Positions 27,367-32,000 of a stretch of DNA of 32,000 nt are shown in pieces (position 1 is the first letter of the stretch; each line of letters opens with the position of its first letter). A program made the position numbers and the translations under genes. The notes below the pieces were generated by a model. It saw nothing but the letters and a program-made list of their open reading frames with translations. It did not search any database and was not told where the DNA came from. The DNA is from Candidatus Thorarchaeota archaeon (GTDB lineage Archaea > Asgardarchaeota > Heimdallarchaeia > Hodarchaeales > Hodarchaeaceae): the NCBI GenBank assembly GCA_048882505.1, contig JBHLRO010000020.1, positions 32,533-64,532 on the forward strand, read 5' to 3'.

Positions 27367-27867
27367 TCATGACCCTACTCGAATTTCGTGAGATATGTCC
27401 TAAAATACTTTTACTTAGGTTCTGAATTTCTAGTACCAACATAATTCCTAGGATATCTGGAGACCGCGTACAATGTTACAGTTTTTTGTTAACTGGATAA
27501 TTTATGCAGATAAATCGAATTTATGTTACTTAGATCATTTAATAGAAAATGCTCTTATCTTTTTATTGTCGGGATCTGGATTCAAACCCAGTCCATTGGT
27601 TTCTTTTCCTGAATTCCGAATACTTTAACTATAATGGTTCCAGAAACAACTAGCCCGCAATAACTCCTGAATGTGACAATATTCGGTCAGAACTGTCAAT
27701 TTTGAAGAACTTAGTTCTTTATTAAATTCGGTTGTTGAATATTTCATGCACGGGAAATCTATTGAAAATGAACAGAGTCAATCCCAATAATATTTGGTGT
27801 GTGAAGGAACGGCTCATTTCTGATTTAATAGCAATTTCCGAGCAAAATAAGATTCGAGAGGCCAAAA

Positions 27868-28443
27868 ATGACAGTATATAAAATTGCATTAATAGGAGAC
27901 GGTGGAGTGGGTAAAACGTCCATCCGTGAACGTTTTTTGGGAGGAGGATTTTCTACACAATATAATTTAACGGTTGGCGCGGATTTTGCCATGTTCGACG
28001 ATGTCCTTCGGGGAATTCCGATCCGTTATCAGATTTGGGACTTGGCAGGCCAAAACCGATTCGATTCCGTAAGAGAAGTTTATTACCAGGGCTGTGTGGG
28101 CGGACTATTAGTTTATGACGTGACTCGTCCTGAATCGTTTTACAATTCGCCAAAGTGGATTAATGAACTCTGGATAAACAATGGCCGAGGTAGAGTCCCT
28201 CTTGTCGTTGTTGCAAACAAGATCGATATGCGTGCCATTTCAGATTCTACAATCTCCGCACAAGATGGCTGGCTATTCTCGGAAAATCTGAGTAAACTCA
28301 CTGAACCTCAGGGCTTTACCTGTCCGTACATTGAAACATCCGCAAAAACTGGCGTCAACATTCCGCAAGCGTTCGCACTACTTGGCGAGAATGTAATGAA
28401 CTTCATAGGTATTCGAAAACCATCACTCCTCATTTCCCATTGA
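27868..28443 (+). CDS. Ras-superfamily small GTPase, Rab-like
   Basis: G1 GDGGVGKT, G2 T in YNLTVGADF, G3 WDLAGQ, G4 NKID, G5 ETSAK; RabF-like segments VGADF, RYQIW, RFDSVR, YYQGC, LVYDVT; no C-terminal Cys prenylation motif. Confidence 0.96.
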   Translation: MTVYKIALIGDGGVGKTSIRERFLGGGFSTQYNLTVGADFAMFDDVLRGIPIRYQIWDLAGQNRFDSVREVYYQGCVGGLLVYDVTRPESFYNSPKWINELWINNGRGRVPLVVVANKIDMRAISDSTISAQDGWLFSENLSKLTEPQGFTCPYIETSAKTGVNIPQAFALLGENVMNFIGIRKPSLLISH

Positions 28444-29072
28444 TGTTGTTGGGCGAATTATTCGCCAAAATCATTACGAAAGAATCCGTAGTGTAGATCA
28501 TATCCTATGGAGGCACGATAAAAAAGGGAAAAAGGATAAGGGGGAAAAAACGGACGTTAAATACGATATTATCCATTTTCCAAAGTGATTTGGTCATCTA
28601 ATTTTACTATGGCATCACTAAGTGTTAAGAAATCAGCAATTGATGCGCCATTGGCCCCACAGAGGTAGTTATTGTCTCCGATACGAATTGTTACCACGCA
28701 GAGGAGGAGTGAACAAAGATTGGAATATGGCTTCCTAGACACGAATTAGCCAAGGGAATTATATTTACTTATAGAAACAATGGAGCCGCGAGGATCCGAT
28801 ATTCCCAGGCGAAATCAGGTTTTAAATGAATCGATTTGCCACATGGGATGGAAAACCGCTAGAAGAAAAGGATAGGGAAGGCGGAATCAATCACTAAATT
28901 GCAAAAATGTAAAAACACAGAGTAATCGGATGTTTCTAGGTCTATTTACTCGCAAAACTCCTCGATAATCCGAAAACCGTGGATTTCTTAGACTTGAAAT
29001 CGGAATACCCTCTATTTTTCGAGTAATTGATCATAAAAAATATCTAAAATAAGTCATTTAGCCGCCTAACCA

Positions 29073-30020
29073 ATGTTTTCGTTACAAAATCCTCTAAATG
29101 GACTAGATGCATGGATCACTCCGGTTGTTGATACCCATCTGCACTTTTGGAACGAGAAATTGATACCTTTTTTCTTCAAATGGGCTAATGTCTTTTTTAA
29201 TGACTATTCTGTTGTTTCTATGATGCTTCCAGAGATGATCGCCAAAATTCCCGAAGAGTATCGAGAAAAAACTACAATTGCTCAATTTTTATCAACCAAA
29301 AATCTAGGAGAGTATAATACCTCAGAATTAATCAAGCAAATTGACCAGGCGTATTCGGATGGTGTGGAAGTCTTTAAATTATGGTTAGCGCCAAGATTTT
29401 TAGATTTTAATGAGCTAAACGGGCCATTCAACTTATTAGATGACAGACTTGAAGCGGTATTCTCACGTTTCGAAGATTATAGATATACAATTAGTGCCCA
29501 TATCGCAGATCCAGACCTATGGTATTTATTTCAATATCAGAACCGTAAAAAGTATGGACAGAAGATAGAGCACATTAGGCGTTTTTTAACAATTCAAAAA
29601 GGGTATCCCAAGATCAAATTCTTTGCTACCCATTTCGGCTGTTGGCCGGAAAACTTGAAGGAATTAGGAAAAATCCTAGACAATCATCCCACCTTGTATA
29701 TTAATACGGCATCGACACGATGGATGATAAGGGAGTTGGGGAAAAACAATGGGCAAACAATTGAATTTATCACAAAATATCAAGATAGGATCATCTTTGG
29801 AACCGATCTGCATGTGATAGAGGAACCGATGAATCCTGAGTACTTTGCCACTCGGTTTTGGTCGCATAGAATATTCTGGGAGACTTCAGTAGAGACAAAG
29901 TTACCTTTTGATGACCCAGATGCCCCGTTTGGGATACATTTTACAGGTCTAAATTTGTCTCCTGAAATATTACAGAAGATTTATGGCAGGAATTTTTTGA
30001 GATTAATGAAACGGGGATGA
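29073..30020 (+). CDS. Amidohydrolase family protein, paralog B
   Basis: DTHLH, HIADPD, THFGC and FGTDL motifs; collinear similarity to 19100-20053. Confidence 0.9.
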   Translation: MFSLQNPLNGLDAWITPVVDTHLHFWNEKLIPFFFKWANVFFNDYSVVSMMLPEMIAKIPEEYREKTTIAQFLSTKNLGEYNTSELIKQIDQAYSDGVEVFKLWLAPRFLDFNELNGPFNLLDDRLEAVFSRFEDYRYTISAHIADPDLWYLFQYQNRKKYGQKIEHIRRFLTIQKGYPKIKFFATHFGCWPENLKELGKILDNHPTLYINTASTRWMIRELGKNNGQTIEFITKYQDRIIFGTDLHVIEEPMNPEYFATRFWSHRIFWETSVETKLPFDDPDAPFGIHFTGLNLSPEILQKIYGRNFLRLMKRG

Positions 30021-30230
30021 CCGATTCTTCCAATTTTCTTTCTAGAGAGAACCTGAATCGGTCAAATCCTATCTATGGGCGACATTCGATACATAGTACT
30101 ATTATCTTCCAACAATAATCACAGAATGCAAATGACGCATTGGTTGCATTTAGAAACGGAGGATAATCTAGAAAAAATGTTCTCCTTTTAACCAAAAAGT
30201 GGGGCCTATGAGCTTATATCGAAGTAGGAT

Positions 30231-30365
30231 CTAGGGAAGAGTGACAGGGCAAGTATGACTTCCTCGGGATCCCCACTCCTCTATTGGTTGGCCTCGCTTC
30301 GGAGTGGGTCAAGATCTAGACGGAAGTGACACTATCCCTGGTCTCACCCAACTCTGCCACCCTAG
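30231..30365 (+). ncRNA. Candidate structured non-coding RNA (rod-like nested hairpin); class not recognised
   Basis: Six nested perfect helices totalling 34 Watson-Crick pairs in an intergenic region between convergent genes, followed by a terminator-like hairpin. The + strand is favoured by G-U wobbles and the T tract. Confidence 0.5.
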
Positions 30366-30384
30366 GGGCATCGTATTGGCAGTT

Positions 30385-30419
30385 GGTGGGGAGCTTTGGC
30401 TCTCCACCTCTTTTTTTTT
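30385..30419 (+). terminator. Intrinsic-terminator-like hairpin with T9 tract
   Basis: GGTGGGGAGC-TTTG-GCTCTCCACC (10 bp, one G-U) followed by TC and T9. Confidence 0.75.
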
Positions 30420-30434
30420 CAGTAAAAGAATGCA

Positions 30435-31952
30435 TTAAACAAGATGTGAATAGGTCCGTGCAAGGGATAGATTCCATTTTGCAGGGGAAGGTGGCTCAAA
30501 CGTGTAATGAAGGGTTATATCGGGGAAAGTATCGCGAATTGTACGCATTCGAGTCACGAACTCCTTGACCCAAATACTTGGCATATCAATATGACCGTAA
30601 TAAGTGGTAGAAGTCTTACTTTCCATAAGAAATATATCAATCCGTGGTAGGGCCAAACATTGCTGAAGGAAAGGGAAGGCTTCAGAACCCCGAGGGACGT
30701 CGATATACAGCGATGTTGTGAGGTCGAGACCAATATTGAAGAACTGGACGACACGGTGGAGCAGTTGGTGCTCCCAATATTCTGCCATGAGCTTTACAAC
30801 AGTCTTATGGTGAAGTTGGAGCTGTGTACACATATCTTTAATACGTATTGTATTTCCGACAGTGGTTAGGAAAGCTAGTAATTTCAAATCAGCGGGGGTT
30901 AAAGGACGAAAAGGGTCAAACATAGGAACCAAAGATATGTCCAAGGTAGGGGGAGAGACACGAGGGGCAGTATGTAGGTCACTGTAAAAAAATTCTACTG
31001 GAAGTTCCCAATAGGGATGCCCTCCAGTCAAGGAGGTTAAATTCCATGAATGAGTTCGCCAGGTGAGAGGTTCCATTATTGCACTTGGGGTAGGATCCTG
31101 CCTAATAAAGGCTTGGAGTTGAGCAAAGAGAGCCGAAGTTGCTGTTGGAAGTTGGAGAAGGGAAAGACTTTCGGGACCAAAATTGACTGTCGATAGGCGA
31201 TAGGAATCCAGCTCAGCTGGGAAGGAACGGACATGAGATATTAAATAGGTTTCATATCCTAGTTTACTCATATCTGGAAAAAACATGTCAATTGCGAGTT
31301 GAAAGAATTGAAAATGCTCTAACTTGTTCCGAATCGTCTCTGGTGTCATATGTGGAAGATAAGTGACGAATTCTTTTATGGTTGGTCCTCGGAAGAAATT
31401 CGCACATCGATCAAATACCATTTGAAACCCTTTCAATAGGGTTACGTCATATTCCGAGAGAGGAAGAGCGAACTGGTAAAGGCGTGGGAATAGAAAGGCG
31501 AATAAGGTCTCACGATCTCCAGGAAGGGTGCCTGTAGAAAGATGGTGAAGATAGGTTTTAACCAGGTTTTCCTGAGGATAAGCTAGCTCGTAAGTGATGA
31601 GCCGGAGCGGAAATGCGATCCAGCCCTCCTTCCATTGAAAACAGATAGCACCTAATCTATCCCAATAGGCGGGGAAGCACTCAACGAATTCATATACTTT
31701 GTATTTCTCGTAAAAGGGGTGAGTATGTGTATCTCGAAACAAACGCGTCAGGGCCGCTGTCTTAGAAATCTTGGGGATCCGCTCTTGTTGCACTACATCG
31801 TAAATATCAACCCAAAATTGACAGAAATCCAGAACAAATGAATCTACGACAATATTAGAGGTCGATTCCGAAAGATGGCGAAGTTGACGAAGTAGGGAAT
31901 TCATATCCTGCAAAAAATCACCCTTTTGCGACCTCAATGTATGCCTTGACAT
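30435..31952 (-). CDS. Hypothetical protein with two tandem Lrp/AsnC-like (wHTH plus effector) modules
   Basis: Module 1: LSEYDVTLLKGF...TIKEFVTYLPHMTPETIRNKL...DMSKLGY...WNLT. Module 2: LTPADLKLLAFL...IKDMCTQLQLHHKTVVKLM...FNIGL...WNLS. The start may be ATG 31904. Confidence 0.75.
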   Translation of the reverse strand: MSRHTLRSQKGDFLQDMNSLLRQLRHLSESTSNIVVDSFVLDFCQFWVDIYDVVQQERIPKISKTAALTRLFRDTHTHPFYEKYKVYEFVECFPAYWDRLGAICFQWKEGWIAFPLRLITYELAYPQENLVKTYLHHLSTGTLPGDRETLFAFLFPRLYQFALPLSEYDVTLLKGFQMVFDRCANFFRGPTIKEFVTYLPHMTPETIRNKLEHFQFFQLAIDMFFPDMSKLGYETYLISHVRSFPAELDSYRLSTVNFGPESLSLLQLPTATSALFAQLQAFIRQDPTPSAIMEPLTWRTHSWNLTSLTGGHPYWELPVEFFYSDLHTAPRVSPPTLDISLVPMFDPFRPLTPADLKLLAFLTTVGNTIRIKDMCTQLQLHHKTVVKLMAEYWEHQLLHRVVQFFNIGLDLTTSLYIDVPRGSEAFPFLQQCLALPRIDIFLMESKTSTTYYGHIDMPSIWVKEFVTRMRTIRDTFPDITLHYTFEPPSPAKWNLSLARTYSHLV

Positions 31953-32000
31953 CGGGATTCCCTATTACCTTATGGTATCCCCAATACTTACTGAAATCAC

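Noticed and set aside
27576-27591. tRNA T-arm look-alike (minus strand CTGGGTTTGAATCCAG)
   Set aside because: The loop is not TTCRA, and no acceptor, D or anticodon stems can be built.
28452-28500. Resemblance of GGCGAATTATTCGCC to the start of a fluoride riboswitch
   Set aside because: It lacks the GATGG core and the downstream pseudoknot motif, and sits 3' of a gene with no crcB-type gene following.
30231-30419. Assignment of the hairpin to SRP RNA, RNase P, T-box, SECIS, C/D or H/ACA RNA, or an HDV/hammerhead ribozyme
   Set aside because: No SRP helix-8 motif or complete RNase P P4. The AGGGTGGCA on the minus strand precedes rather than follows the long stem and lacks ACC. The ATGA/TGA pair fits a Watson-Crick register rather than a K-turn, there is no ACA box, and no CUGAUGA/GAAA core.
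1-32000. CRISPR arrays, IS elements, DGR template/variable repeat pairs, rRNA and tRNA genes
   Set aside because: By eye I found no regularly spaced direct repeats, transposase, integrase or reverse transcriptase ORFs, long near-identical repeats, or RNA-gene consensus. The repeats present are diverged protein-domain repeats.

Overview
Gene-dense archaeal chromosomal window with about 28 CDS. It is most likely from an Asgard archaeon (Heimdallarchaeia/Hodarchaeales-like); this is inferred from a Rab-like small GTPase without prenylation motif, large sequon-rich surface proteins with C-terminal anchors, and a duplicated Lrp-like wHTH protein. Left part: GMC oxidoreductase (truncated by the window) with a partner subunit, M24 peptidase, anchored MBL hydrolase, GNAT, a four-unit helical repeat protein, MDR oxidoreductase. 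Centre: a 1932-aa modular S8 protease and a 7-blade propeller-FN3 surface protein. About 16.9-27.4 kb: a patchwork of small detoxification/accessory genes (VOC, DinB, DUF4256, CPBP x2, PadR, PPOX, 3-hydroxyacyl-CoA dehydrogenase, GNAT). Right part: small GTPase, a second paralogous amidohydrolase and a tandem Lrp-like protein. The most striking feature not explained by genes is a ~135-nt nested rod-like hairpin followed by a terminator-like hairpin and T9 tract (30231-30419) between two convergent genes, a candidate structured non-coding RNA. I saw no tRNA, rRNA, CRISPR array, integrase or transposase. All family assignments come from motif recognition, not database searches.
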